Origin: Octopus sinensis
Taxonomy: Eukaryota
Assembly: GCF_006345805.1 (NCBI RefSeq)
Contig: NC_043020.1
Location: 16,616,001-16,680,000, forward strand
Length of the DNA: 64,000 nt
Reading direction: 5' to 3'
Shown here: piece after piece, positions 36,083-49,583 of the stretch
How positions within the stretch are numbered: the first letter of the stretch is position 1
Layout of the letters: each line of letters begins with the position of its first letter
Notes under the pieces: generated by a model
The model's input: only the letters and a program-made list of their open reading frames with translations
What the model was told of the DNA's origin: nothing
The model's database searches: none
Translations under genes and position numbers: made by a program

Positions 36083-36324
36083 TTTTTTATACAACCCTCA
36101 TACATAACGTGTAGCATGGGTATGTAGTTAACAAATTTGCTTCATAACCATGTAGTTGTGGTTGCAATCTTATTCCACAGTGCCTTGGGCAACTGTTTTT
36201 ATATTATAACCCTGGGCTGACCAATGGCTTGTGAACAGAATTGATAGACAGAAATTGTATGAAAGCCCATTGAATACATAGACAGTTAGATAGATGTGTC
36301 TCATACACTTATGCCAGCATGCAT

Positions 36325-36690
36325 ATTCTTTTATTCTTTTACTTGTTTCAGTCATTTGGCTGGAGCACTGCCTTTAGTCAAAAAAAATCAACACCAGGAC
36401 TTATTCTTTGTAAGCCTGGTACTTATTCTATTGGCTTCTTTTGTCGAACTGCTAAGTTACGGGGACGTAAACACACCAACATCAGTTGTCAAATGATGGT
36501 AGGGGGACAAACAAAGACACACACATAAATATATACAATCAGCTTCTTTCAGTTTCTGTCTACCAAATCCACTCATAAGGCTTTGGTTGGCCCAAGGCTA
36601 TAGTATAAGGCACTTGCCTAAGGTGCCATGCAGTGGGACTGAACCCAGAACCATGCAGTTGGGAAGCGAGTCTCTTACCACACAGCCATG
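36325..36690 (-). mobile_element. F1 SINE
   Basis: Reverse complement of F1; adjacent to a degenerate + strand F1 head at 36110-36290. Confidence 0.82.
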
Positions 36691-36943
36691 CTTGTGACTA
36701 GCCTATGTGCATGAATGTTGACATCCCATGGTTCAACTTATCACTATCTGAATAATACAGTGATATGATTTATTCTTTTACATGTTTCGGTCGTTTGACT
36801 GCAGCCATGCTGGAGCACCACCTTAAAAACTATTCACCCGACGTGATGTTTAAATTTCTTGTTGACATTACAACTGGTCATTCTATTATTAAACTAGTTT
36901 AGTGGAATAAAAACAAATCCTTGAAAACAGTTAACTTCAGTAT

Positions 36944-37290
36944 AAATAATAATAATGAAATTATTGTATACAGTGCTAAGGTGCACCACAACTTGTCAAA
37001 AATGTGTATAAAGCATATGCTGTAATGTACAAATGTCTGGAAAGCGAACAATGTATGAGTCAGATACATGCTTGTGTGTGTATGGAGGGGAGAAAATCAG
37101 GTGTAGTGTTGGCGAATCTCAGGAAGCATGGAAGTTTTGAAGGATGCAGTGCTCCGACAACTAACAACTAATGCTGGCAGTTTGTTCCATGCTTCAGCAA
37201 CTCTTAGCGTGAAAAAATGTTTCCGAAAGTCATGGGGGCTGTGTTGTTTTCTGACTTAGTAAACATGTCCACAGGTGGAGTTTGAAAAGG
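36944..37290 (-). mobile_element. CR1/L2-type LINE 3' end
   Basis: On - GHVY*VRKQHSPHDFRKHFFTLRVAEAWNKLPALVVSCRSTASFKTSMLPEIRQHYT* (stop 37097-99) matches the RxxFFxxRVxxxWNxLP...FK motif; 3'-UTR ends (ATT)n. Confidence 0.85.
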
Positions 37291-38350
37291 TGCTCAGAGC
37301 TGTTGTTAGTAAGATATTATTAGTGTGATTTGAACTCAGAATGTAAAGAACCTGAACAATTATTACAGGGCATTTTCCAATACTGTAGTGATTTTGTCCA
37401 TCCACCACCTTCAGCAAGCGATTAAATATAAAAATAGAATATAACAGTCTGAGATAAGTAAAGTTTCTTTTTTTTTTTTTTTGTAGTTATGTTCATATGA
37501 AGATGGTAAATCAATTACTAACAAGAAAATAATGATTCAGTACAAGAAAATAGCTGTTCTCCTAATAAATAGTCTGGAAATTTTCTAGACAAGGGAGAGG
37601 TGGGCAGTTATGTTGTCAAAACAATACAAAGAAAAAGCAAAAATGAACTTTGAAATAAATTCTTACACTCAGTTTAAAACCATGTGAATAACGTGTTATC
37701 AAAGTCCTTGTTTTCATTGCATTTTGTTTTTCTGGTGAATTGATAGACTCTCATATATCAAACAAATAAATTTTAAAATACTTAGAAGTAAAAAAAAGCA
37801 AATAAGAGAAAATACTTCAATAATCCATCAAATTTTCAAGATTTTGACCTTTGTGTCTTTTAAAACAAAATTAAGAATATGAATCACTTTATGGTTATTG
37901 TCTGTTTCAATATTTATTTATTCTGTTCACTGCAAAACAGTCTAGCCTTTCCTCTGTTGATGTTTATATAGTTATCTTCAGTTCTGTCAATTATTCGTGA
38001 AAAGAAAGCAATTTATGTGGCATTCTAAATGTTGATTTAATATCCGTTCAACATTGCACAGTGTATTCTTCTCAGCAAATCTTTTGAAATCTCCCCGTGA
38101 ATATAATTCAAATATTTTGTGTCTGATGCCTGCTTTATGAGGAATTCTTGGCAGCATCTTATTGAGATTTAGTTTCCATTGCTGATTCCACCATTCCCTT
38201 AGAAAATAGTTGCAGCTTTTCTACATTGTCTCAGTCCTACTTCCACAGACATATTGACCATTCATGACAGAACTGCATTTTTCTTTTCCTGCTGTTTTCA
38301 AAAACACCTGACTACTTATTTATGTACATTATCATTATTTGATTTTTAAA

Positions 38351-38736
38351 TCTTTATATATAAAAGTGAAGTTGTGTGTCTGTCTCCTACGATTTAGATT
38401 CCTAACTACTCCCACATTTTGCGGTGCAGTGTAACCATCTTATAGTCGTGATTCATATCAAGCCCTTCTGGGTATTAGCGCGCATCTACGATGAGTCTAC
38501 GATTTAAAAAAAAAATTACCATCATTTTTTCCCATTTTTAATGCATTTTTTTGCTATTATATAAGGGAAGTAACTCTCTAAAAATGTATTATTAAATCTC
38601 AGAACGTAAAAAGCTACAGTTACACTCCCCCTTTGTGGTTAGCCATATTGAGATGGCTATTATACTTTACATCTCTAAAAATGCTTATATAGTTATTTCC
38701 CTTACAAACCCGAGCAACGCCGGGCGAAACTGCTAG
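38351..38736 (+). mobile_element. Non-autonomous Helitron
   Basis: 5' TC, 3' hairpin cccgagcaacgccggg then CTAG, A|T target. Confidence 0.88.
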
Positions 38737-39189
38737 TAATAAATAAACTTTCCTATCTCTTTCTTTGACTAGTTCACTTCAAATCTTACTACAGCCTTTA
38801 TGCTAAGATCAAATCTTCTCACAGTCATTGTGTCCCACCACAGTGTAAGCTATAGAACTCTTCTTGCTGCAGCCTACATCATTGATACCAGATTCCTTCT
38901 TTATAATTTGAGTGGTTAACAGCAGAAAAGGCACCAGACTATCAAACATTTGTGCCAGAAATAATACAGATCCTTTTTATTTTTTACTAACTTCAGTCAT
39001 TAAGATGACAGCCATGCTGGGGCAATGCCTTGAAGAAGGAATTAACCTCAGTACTTCTTTTTTTTTCTTTTTTACATTTGCTAATTATTCTATCGTTCCC
39101 TTTTGCTGAACAGCTAAGTTATGGGGACATAAACAAACTAACACCAGCTGACAAGCACAGACACAAAGACATATGCATATAGATATATA

Positions 39190-39441
39190 CAGGGTGGTGC
39201 AAAAGTAGGTATACAGTTATGAAAAAAAAAAAGAAAACATGTACAATTCTCGTTTATATTTATCAAAAGAATTAAAACTTAGAATGGAAATATTATAGTT
39301 ATAATAAATGTATTGTTATGGTTAGTGACACTGAAAATATAAAAAATGAGGCTAATTAATTTAATGTGCTAATCATTTTAATGAATTAAGTATTATAACA
39401 TTGCTGTTATACTTACTGTATACCTACTTTTGCACCCACCT
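39190..39441. mobile_element. Tc1/mariner-type MITE (TIR related to 29631 copy)
   Basis: TIR cagggtggtgcaaaagtaggtatacagt / actgtatacctacttttgcacccacc; TA context. Confidence 0.75.
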
Positions 39442-39809
39442 ATATACATATATATAGATAGATAGATAGACAGACAGATATGTAGACATAGAAGAGATAG
39501 ATAGACAGATGTGTAGACAGAGAAGGTAGGTAGGTACATACGTACATGTACGATTGACTTCTTTTAGTTTCTGTCTACCAAATCCTCTCATAAGACTTTG
39601 GTCAGCTCAAAAGATACTTGCCCGAGTGATACTGAGCACAGAACCATTGTGGTCAGGAAGTAGGCTTCTTACCACACAGTGATGAGATTAAGAGAAGTGT
39701 CTTCCTCTTTTCTATTTTCGCATGGGGAATTAATGTAAGAAAATAGAATAAAAACGTGAATTCATTTTGCAAGTTTCTTGACGTGAAACCATGTGTTGAA
39801 ACAGATATT

Positions 39810-40105
39810 GTTATATTTCGGGATGGTCATTTTTTCCCCTTTCCTGCCAAATAAACACAGGCACTATATATTTATTTTTCATTTGTTTATTAATATTCTT
39901 ATGTCCATTGTCTGGAAATCTTTTGTCATACATATGTGACCTCTTCAGTGATCCTTTCTATCCATGTGTATCCTCCTGCTCTACCAAGTCCATTCTGTCC
40001 TTCTAACATCATAGAACAATAATAAACGAGTGAAAAATGAATATACAGTGTGTGTGTTTATTTGGAAAAAAAAAAATGACCATCCCAAAATATAACAATA
40101 GAATA
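39810..40105 (-). mobile_element. Penelope-like pseudo-LTR relic (P1) with a decayed hammerhead and an inverted partial copy
   Basis: On - CTGAAGA-G-GTCA(catatgta)TGAC-aAAA at 39921-39948; ~60-nt inverted repeat 39810-39872 / 40045-40105; homologous to 43955-44420. Confidence 0.5.
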
Positions 40106-41756
40106 AAAACAATTACCAAGGAAAGCCTAAAGATAACAAGTTCAGTCTCTGAAAATACTTGCCATCATGAGTTCCTGACAACACTAGCTCACCGTTTTCT
40201 TTGTCCCATCATGCATCATTGCATCTTCTTTTTGCTGTCTGCATTTAATCAATACTCTTGTTTCTCCTTCGTCTATTTGTTGGCTATCTTTAACACCCAG
40301 CCTTTTTGTTCTACATTCAACAGATTATACATTTCTATAAACATCCTTTGGGTTCACTTTATATATTATACCACAATAAACATTCTGTTTGTTGTGTCTT
40401 CTTTATATGTATGTATGTATATTACATACCAAGAAGTCTGTTATCAATATATCTTTCTAAATGTTTTCCTTTCATTCTTTGGCTCTCGTCATATTATCGT
40501 TAGTTCTATCTACAGTACTTCAGTAACCATTTGTATAAAAAACCACTTCCCCACTTCACCAACCAGTAAGTCCTCTCAGAGCTTCTGATACTGTTGTTAC
40601 AGTTACTCATGCTTCAGCTAAACTTTTCTCTTCTAGTCAATTTAAACTGTTGTTTCTTTAGGTTTTGACTTTCTTTTCTCAGCTACCTTTCTGTGTTCAT
40701 AAAATTTGTTCATATGCCATAAGAAGAGATAAATTCTTGATAAAATTCTAGGATTTTTTTCTATTTTATTTTATTTTATTCTAACACAAAGCCGTCTCCA
40801 GTTTCCTTAAATTTCAACTTTGTTTTCTTTCCTTGTTCTACTGACTTGTATTTTATTTATCGGATTAGTTTAAACATTTGTGTATGAAGCTAGTAAACCA
40901 TGACAGAGTGGAGAAGGCATATAACAACAACAACAACCCAAACATGAAAGAATAAACTAAAAATATAAACATGAAAACTAGAAAGAAGAAATAAAAATAG
41001 AAAGAAGAAAAATTAAATGTATGTTCCTGTAAATGCTTCACGGATGAATTATTTTGAACCATATTTTTTTCTTTCTTTTCATGTTTGAATGATGTGGTTG
41101 TATATTTGAACCTCTCGCTCAGATCAGTAAAGTGCAACGTCTGTGATTGGGTTTCAACTTGCAACACTGTGGAATCAGGTTATATGTATCACATTGGCAG
41201 GGTGCAGTACAATGTGCTGATGTCTGTGGCGGCTGTGTTTGAATTGTTGATATTGTATAGTCAATATCCAATCTCTTAACTACTTAACTATAAAGTAAAT
41301 AGTTGGATCCTAGGAAACTATTTTCTCTTCTCTGTCTCTCTCTCTCTCTAACTCTTTCTCTCTCTAACTCTCTTTCCCCTCTCTATCTCTCCCTCCCCCT
41401 CTCTCTCTGAATCTTCTTGGCATCTTCAGCAAATATCATTCTTTGATAGTAAACCAATTTATTTCAATCTTGAACTATTCCTGCTTAACAATAGCATTGC
41501 TGTTGTCATCATTTAAAATGATTTATATCTTAATCTCAGGATAAATATGGGTGCCTGTATTATCAAATAAGCTTTATGCTAGGAAAGAAAAATGTGATTT
41601 GTGCATTTAATATATATTTTAGCAAGATATGAAATGAGATAGTTAAAAACAAGCACCTAGTGTTAGGCTTAACCACGATATAGCATATGTACAGCTGTAC
41701 ATACCTATCCAACCCTTCTTACAATGCCAAAGTGGAACATTAAGCATTTTGTTACC

Positions 41757-42039
41757 ATGTGGCACGTAATCCGATCGTGGCCGTTGCCAGCCTCGCCTGG
41801 CCGCCGTGCCGGTGGCACGTAAAAAGCACCATCCGATTGTGGCCGTTTGCCAGCGTCGTCTGGCACCTGTGCCAGTGGCACGTAAAAAGCACCCACTACA
41901 CTTGTGGAGTGGTTGGCGTTAGGAAGGGCATCCAGCCGTAGAAACCTTGCCAGATCAGACTGGGCCTGGTGCAGCCTACTGGCTTCCCAGACCCCAGTTG
42001 CACCGTCCAACCCATGCTAGCATGGAAAGTGGATGCTAA

Positions 42040-42067
<28 letters not shown>
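41757..42067 (+). mobile_element. F3 (RTE 3'-UTR) copy inside a TTAA MITE family B relic
   Basis: Three tggcacgtaaaaagcacc-type subunits and a (GAT)n tail. The flanks ttttgttaccat / ttctgttgagatactttgcc rejoin into the MITE B sequence. Confidence 0.8.
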
Positions 42068-42070
<3 letters not shown>

Positions 42071-42544
42071 CTGTTGAGATACTTTGCCTTTGTTTCAGTT
42101 AATTTTTGAATATTTAAGAATTTAGTAAAATAACTTTCTTATTAAGCTGATGTCTGGAACAAATTAACAAAATTTTGATAGAAGATTATAATTTAAATCA
42201 CTTTCGAACAGTAAGTTTGTGTTGTAGAACCAAGGACAGTCTCAGGTGGGTCGCATTATGGCTCCTGAGTTGGTTTATTAGGCCAATATTAGCATAAAAT
42301 CCACAGATATAGTATGGGGCAGGGGGATGTAATAGGAGGGTCGAGACATGGTAGGACCTTCACTTTTGGCACATCCTTCCTCTCTTTAGTTCTAGAAACA
42401 TCTAGAAACTACTCCCTGATACTCTGTCACTTTTGCTACATCGTACCTCTGCAATCTATCTACGATATTCTATTTCTATGTATGAAATTGTTTGTGTTTA
42501 AAATTACCTTAATGACCCACTGTACATATTTGTCTCATTTGCAG

Positions 42545-42608
42545 GTCACGAAAAACCCATCCAGGCCCAGTTGTGCACCTTGAAGACAATCCCATAGACC
42601 CCAGTAGG
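42545..42608 (+). CDS. STXBP5: Tomosyn internal coding exon B, 64 nt, phase 2-0
   Basis: Acceptor catttgcAG ends 42544 and donor GTAAGT starts 42609. The first G completes TT|G (Leu) from exon A. Encodes SRKTHPGPVVHLEDNPIDPSR (cf. tomosyn SSKSHPGPVVHISDNPMDEGK). Confidence 0.94.
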
Positions 42609-44047
42609 GTAAGTTTGCCTTTTAATATATTACTGTCTATCAAAGAAGTATGAAAAGTGGTGTAACTGGGAAAGCATTCAGTGGTGGCAGTATTTTAAGG
42701 CTGTATCACTACATTAATATATGAATTTGTAATTCTTTTCCTTCACCCCTTTAATTCTCTATATCATTTGTACTCTCTGTAAATTAGACCTTTTTATCTG
42801 TATACATATATACATTTTTTGTATTTCATATATTTGATATACTTTGTATATTGACCTGCCTAACTTGCTTATCCTTACATTTACTCATATACCCACTCAA
42901 GCTTAAATCTCTTGAGCTCTACTAAGTGTATTCTATATGGAGAATATCTGGATCTTATCTATCAATTATAAATTATTACTAGTCATACCTGTCATTACAC
43001 TTCTGGATAACAACTTAGTCAAGAGGAAATGGATCCTTCAGCAAAAACCTACTACAATGATCACATGGATATGCTCAACATATTTTTTTCTTGAAATAAC
43101 TTTTAATTCTATTTTCACACATTCTTTCTGTCACTGTATTTTTCTCTCAACAACCACCTATCTTTATAGGGAAAGTTTTTTTAAAGTTTGTGTTGCATTG
43201 TCTAATGTTGAAAGACACAGACACACATACACAAATACATACAGAAATACTCACACACTAACAGCCGAAAAAATAACTTTATGTATTATACATACACATA
43301 TAATTACTATTATTTCTTTTTTTTTTTTTTTGAAGTCAGTATTGCATTGTGTTGACAGACTTGCAATTAAAACTCCTGCATTTTGGAGTCCATAAAATAA
43401 GTACCAGTTGAGTTCTGGGATCAATGTAATTGACTTGACCCTCCCTCAAAATTTCACGCCTTGTGTCCATTGTAGAAAGGATTATTATTATTATTATTAT
43501 TTTTTTTTTTTTTTTTTTTTATTAATACTAATAATAATAATGTTATTATTTCTTCTAAAAATGACATTTGAATTAATTCAGCTAGTAGAAAATCAGATAA
43601 TTAATAGTGTGTTGTCACAAGTATAGCCATGTGGTTCTGAAATTTGCTTCACAACCATGTGATGCCACACACATCTTTGGACCAGTGTCTCATTATACAT
43701 AGTCTCAGACAAACTAAATTGTTGCGTGTGGAATATGGAGATGAAAACCATAGAGACCAGAGGGAGTTTTACTTGATCTTTTAGCATGCCATATTTAACA
43801 ATTTTTTGTCATATTTCTGTTTAAAAACACTGCCTTTATTCTAAATAATTTAGAAAATAATTAGAAGTTTAGTAAAATAGCTTTGCCATTATGAATCTTG
43901 TGTTTGAAACATAAATTAATATCAAATTTCGGTGGAAGCTTTTAATTTTGTTGTTGTATTTGGAAATGGTCATCTTTTGACAATTAAACACATGCACTAT
44001 TTATATGGTCTTCATTTTAGTTTCAGTATTATTATTTTTAGATTTTT

Positions 44048-44370
44048 ACGGAGATGTACTTGCATAGCAAGTAACCTGATCAGAGATCGTGTGCTGGAAC
44101 AAAAACAATTGCAGTGGGGAAGGTGTTTATAAGCCATTTAAGAAACACACAAAAACCGTTAGATTCACTTCAACATTTAAATTTAATTTGCCAAAATATT
44201 TTCATTGCTTTGAGACCGCGACCTGTTCACTGACAAAATTCCATGCTAGGTCGCAGTCTCTAAGCGATGAAAATATTTTGACAAATCAAATTTAAATGTT
44301 GAAGTGAATCTAACGGTTTTTGTGTGTTTCTTAAATGGCTTATAAACACCTTCCACGCTGCAATTATTTT
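44048..44370 (-). mobile_element. Hammerhead-containing fold-back element (P2), copy 1
   Basis: Long inverted arms centred near 44240; colinear with 49584-49888; G3-C8 hammerhead at 44187-44238 with point decay. Confidence 0.8.
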
Positions 44371-47300
44371 CAGTTTGTCAAATTTCTTTCGTCACACATT
44401 CTATGATCTCTTTAGCGACTTTCTGTCCCAAATGGCTCTTCTTCACAGAACCAGAAACAGTTTCTGCTAGGTTGGTACCCAAAGAGTTAAGCTGTCATAC
44501 AGTTTAAAACCACCACATGACTCTTGAATGCCTGCAGTGATGTCCACTCTGATGTTTGTTTTACTAAGTAACAGTAACTTATTGTGGTAAACTACTTCGG
44601 TTTTTCCACTTGTTTCCTCTTCATTCCAGAGAAAGAAATCAATATTGTAGCTTCAAACCAAAACTGAATTTTATCCAGCTATTCTCCTCAAGAAATCTCA
44701 TAAATTGATTAAACAATTTATCTCTGTCTTGCTCACTCTATCTGGTAGCTTGCCAGAATTTACTAATGAAACCATGGAACACTTAGAATCATTAAACTCA
44801 ATCATACTGAAAGCACAGTCTCCTTCTATTATCTATTCATTAAAGCAGCGAAGAGAACAACACTACGGTTTCCTGGTACTAAATCTTAATTTCTTACTAA
44901 CCTTTTATACAAATATTTTCTGACTGCAATCATTTTCCATTGATTTCTTACAGTAATTTATAATTGGATATCAATGGATGTGGGCTTTTTTTTTTTATTT
45001 CATTTTGCTAATAAAAAAAACCCCAAAAAACTAAAGCTTCAGATAACAGTTTGTGAATAATTTGTCACGATTCCACTTGTGCAGCAGTCAATAAGTAACA
45101 TACAGAGATATAGTTCACTGCAGCAAACGGTGGGGAAACTGTGTAATTGCCAGGTGTTGTTTGAAATCATCTTGTCGAGGTCAACTTGTGCCACATGCAT
45201 CAGGGAAGGCTAACTTTTACTTTACATATATTACATGAAGACTTTAATGGTGACCTGACAACTCGTGAATTTTTCAGAGCTTTATTTACTTGTAAATACC
45301 ACAGAATTAGTTCTAATGAATGGCTTTTACAAATATTTTCCAATGTGGTATTTCTTTACGATACTGTAGCTTGTTTAAAGTGTTTAGTAATGGTTGTGTT
45401 ACAGTATATTCATCATTCATAGTATTTAAACTTTGCTGGCATGTTAAGTTTATTTGTTGTGTTTCAATTACTATGCACAAGTTTTTACTTTAATCACACA
45501 TACTGTCTCTCTTCCATTACTCCACCTAACAGTGTCTCTCCTATTTCTTCCTAGCTCATTCAGTTTCCCTCTTCGTGCTCTCACTTCTTTCTCCCTCTTA
45601 CTCTACTTCATCTCTTATTTCCACTTTGTCAATTACAATGCTCTGAATGAACAGAATCAACATAGAGTGATGACAGTCTTTTTGTCTTGTGTGACGCAAA
45701 GCAACCTAACTTGTGTTGGTGTCATGATAAAATGTACCCAGTACACTCCGTAAAGTTGTTTGTAAATAAACAGATAAAACATTGGGTCAAGAGAAGATTT
45801 TAGGATTGTTTCATTCTAGTGTCACTCTGTAAAATGGTTGATATTAGGAAGGGTATCCAGCCATAGAAACCATTCCAAAGAATAGAATGTTTGAGCAAGA
45901 TGTGGTTTTCCTACCCATCTAGTATGGCAGTAACTCCAAATAAGAACTTGGGACTGTACAAACCCATCCAAAGCATGCCATCTTGTAAAGCGAATGTAAA
46001 ATTAAGATGATGGCACACACAAACTCCATGTGAAGTTCTTTGAGGTCCATGTGTTTTGCTTTGGTCAGAGTGTAACTGCATTACCCTAATTGTCGCTGTT
46101 GGTGACACAGATATAACTCACTCATTAAAATATTTAAATAATGTTTCTTGCCATGACTAACCCAGCTGTTATTATTCTAAATTCTCTTAGAATATAGTCT
46201 TCATTTTGGTATTGCAGCTACTGCTACACTGGGCTGTTTGAGCAACCATAAAGAATTTCCCTTTTTGTCTCATTAATAATGAAGTAATCATATTGGAACA
46301 ATTTATAACATATATAATATTTTGGGTGAAACTATTTCCAGTAAAATTGTTCAAGTTCTAGAAAGGAAGGCTATATTGTTAATTTTTTTATTATTTAGTT
46401 CATTTATAATTTATTTTTCCAGCAATTAAATTCTTTAAATTTCTCTGATGAAACCCATGAAATTGTTTAATAAGGATAACTTAAGACAGGAGGAATGATA
46501 TTAAATATTCACAATGGACTTCTTTCAGTTTCTGTCCACCAAATTCACTCATAAGGCTTTGATCTGCCTGAGACTATAGTAGGAGACACTTGCCCAAGTT
46601 GCCATGCAGTGGAACTGAATCCAGAACCACAGGCTTCTTACCACACGACCACACCTGTGTGTAAAGTATTGTCCCATCCTTTTTAGAGTAATGGTAAGAA
46701 AATGAAATGATATCACAATAATTTCAAAATATCTATTTTATCACATGAAGACATTGAATTCTTGTTGAATTTGCTTTGATAAAACTGTGTAACAGGTTTT
46801 GTCCTTGGGTAGTAACTTTTATTTCCCATTTGTTTACTCCTTGAAAGTATGAAAAATGTTTCATATTTCCTTCAAACTTTGCTTTTGCTGCAATATTTAT
46901 TCAAACCCCAAAGAATCCCTCTGAACACATGGCTATGATGCTTCCCCACTACACCTGCTCAAGATCAGAGATGCACATATTGGAATAGACACACTTTGAA
47001 ATCTGTCTTTAGAAAATTGTTGCTGAGAATAAAGAAAAAAAAACCCATAAATAACCTGTTCCAAGACATCAAGTTCTTTGTTCAGTTGAAATTACTGAGG
47101 GGTTTTATTTATATAATTGTTATTATTTATTTATTTATTTTTTTAGTCAAACAGAAGGATCCTTATTGTTGATGTTTGATAACATCCAACATATCAACTT
47201 GTAAAATAAGAACATTCTGAAATCAATATCTTAAAATATTTCCAACAATACTGTAACATATGTTACATTTCTGATCATAAATATTGACTGTGAGATTATT

Positions 47301-47579
47301 TATAGAATACGAAGACAATCCTACATGATTTGATTAACAATTAAGACTTCAGTGTTTACTTCAAGTAATTCAATCTCAATAATTAATTTTTCTAATACAT
47401 CTCTCTCCATATAAGAAAATATGACAACTAATCTTAGTGCTTACGCTTGATATCAAGTCAAATCCAATATCATAACTAACACCATTAGTTTCCTCCTTCT
47501 TTGGGACCTCGTATGTCCATCCCTCTCCAGATCTGACCAAAGTGATTTCCTCTAAAATGAGATAAAGAGAAAATATATT

Positions 47580-47700
47580 AGCAATCACCTCCACAGTACT
47601 GGACTGGTAGTTTGAACTTGAAAGGATGAAAGACAAAATTAATTTGGCAGGATTCAAACTCGGAGCACAAAGAACCAGAAAAAATATATACTGCAAGGTG
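47580..47700 (-). mobile_element. F2 SINE, diverged
   Basis: aaaggatgaaagacaaaattaatttggcaggattcaaactc. Confidence 0.65.
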
Positions 47701-47804
47701 CAGATGTAGCTTATGTTTATTTCCCAACCATGTGGTCTTGAGTTTAGTCCCACTACATGGCACCTTGGGTGAGTGGGTTTGGTAGATGGAAGCTGAAAGA
47801 AGCC

Positions 47805-47850
<46 letters not shown>

Positions 47851-48127
47851 ATGTGTGTATCCTTGCCTTGAGATAGTGTGATGGCTATAAATGAGCATCA
47901 CTGTAATGCATGCCATGAAAAACATGCCCAGCCAAGGGGAGATGTAACCCTTCATGGAAACTGGTAAGAGTTGGGGGATGGAAGAGCATTGAACTATAGA
48001 AAATCTGCCTCAACAAATCCATCTAAGCCATGCAAGCATGGAAAAGTGGACGTTAAAACAGTGGTGGTGGTGATGGTTGTGGTGGTGGTGGTGGTGATGA
48101 TGAGTATGAATGTATTCTCTAATGTAT

Positions 48128-48296
48128 CCAGGCATGACTGTGTGGTAACAATTGTACTTCCCAACCACATGGTTCCAGATTCAGTCCCACTGCATGACAC
48201 CTTTGTCTAGTGTCTTCTACTACAGCCTCGGGTCAACCAAAGCTTTGTAAGTGGATTTGGTTGGCAGAAACTGAAAGAAACCCATATATATATGTA

Positions 48297-48349
<53 letters not shown>

Positions 48350-48530
48350 TTATGTGTGGTGTGTTTATGTCTCCATAACTTAGCAGCTTGGCAAAAGAGG
48401 TCAATAGAATAAGTACTACGTTTACAAAGAATAAGTCCTGGAGTCGATTTCTTCAACTAAAAAAACCCTTTAAAGCAGTGTTCTAGCAAGGCCGCAGTCA
48501 AATGACTGAAACGAGTAAAAGAATAAAAGA
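48128..48530 (+). mobile_element. F1 SINE
   Basis: Head-to-tail match. Confidence 0.82.
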
Positions 48531-48584
48531 ACAATGTTCAAACAAACTCATCACTATCAGTATATTGTTTTCTTCTTTCTGGCA

Positions 48585-48780
48585 ACACTGTTAGTACACC
48601 AGGCAAAATACTTTGCCGCATTTAGTTCATCTTTACATTCTAGGTTCAAATTCCACTGAGGTTGACTTTACCTTTCATTTGATAAAATAAGTACCAGTTG
48701 AGTACTGGGGTTGATGTAATCAACTTACCCCACTCTCCAGAAATTGCTGGCCTTGTGCCAAAATTTGAAGCCAATATATT
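48585..48780 (+). mobile_element. F2 SINE (gccttgtgccaaaatttgaa tail)
   Basis: F2 core with the alternative tail. Confidence 0.75.
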
Positions 48781-49583
48781 GACTTCTTCATGTCTTGCTT
48801 TGAAATTTAAGTTCAAATAAGTATGAATTGGAGATAGACTTCTGTTGTGACATGAGAGCTACTGATTTATGTGTCTAAGCGTGTCAAATATCATAAAATT
48901 GCATCTTAGTGCCTACTAGATATTTCTGAGAAGTCTTTAGGTGTGAAACTGGCAATCAAATTTTGAGCCAGCCAATAATAATGAGTGACTAGAGACAGAG
49001 AGCTGTAGAAGTTTCTAGGTTTTTGTTTCCAAACAATATTTCGCTGTAAAAAAATTTTGTTCAGAAACAATGTGTTAAAACATATATTGCTCTGCTTTGG
49101 TGTTATATTAAAAGTGGTCGGCGGAAAAATTGCTGATATATAATAAAAGAGATTAATAGAGGAAACTTATGAACGTAATAACACTTAAATGTAATATTTC
49201 TGTCTAATTTTGGATCAAAGCTAGTAATTTTGAAAGGAGCAGGGAGTCAATTACATCCCCTCTAGTGCTCAACTGGTAAATATTTTATTGATTTGTGGCT
49301 TAGTGGTTAACCCTCAGAACTCCAGTGGCCACTGTTCCAGCCACCAACCACATATATAAATAGCCCAGCAGCTTCTATTCCGGATGCCACATTGTACTGT
49401 TTACAAATATATCACTTAACCCTTTCGTTACCAACCCGGCTGAAACCGGCTCTGGCTCTGTAGTACAAATGTCTTGTTTCCATAAGTTTTGAATTAAAGT
49501 CTTCCACCAAACCTTAGTCACAATTTATGTTCCTAACACTAGCAGAATGATAAATTTATTTTACTAAATTCTTTGTTATATTT

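Noticed and set aside
40037-40588. 183-aa ORF next to the Penelope-like relic
   Set aside because: Low-complexity hydrophobic translation; I could not find RT or GIY-YIG motifs on either strand.
46445-46475. CTGATGA...GAAA
   Set aside because: No stem II or stem I pairing.
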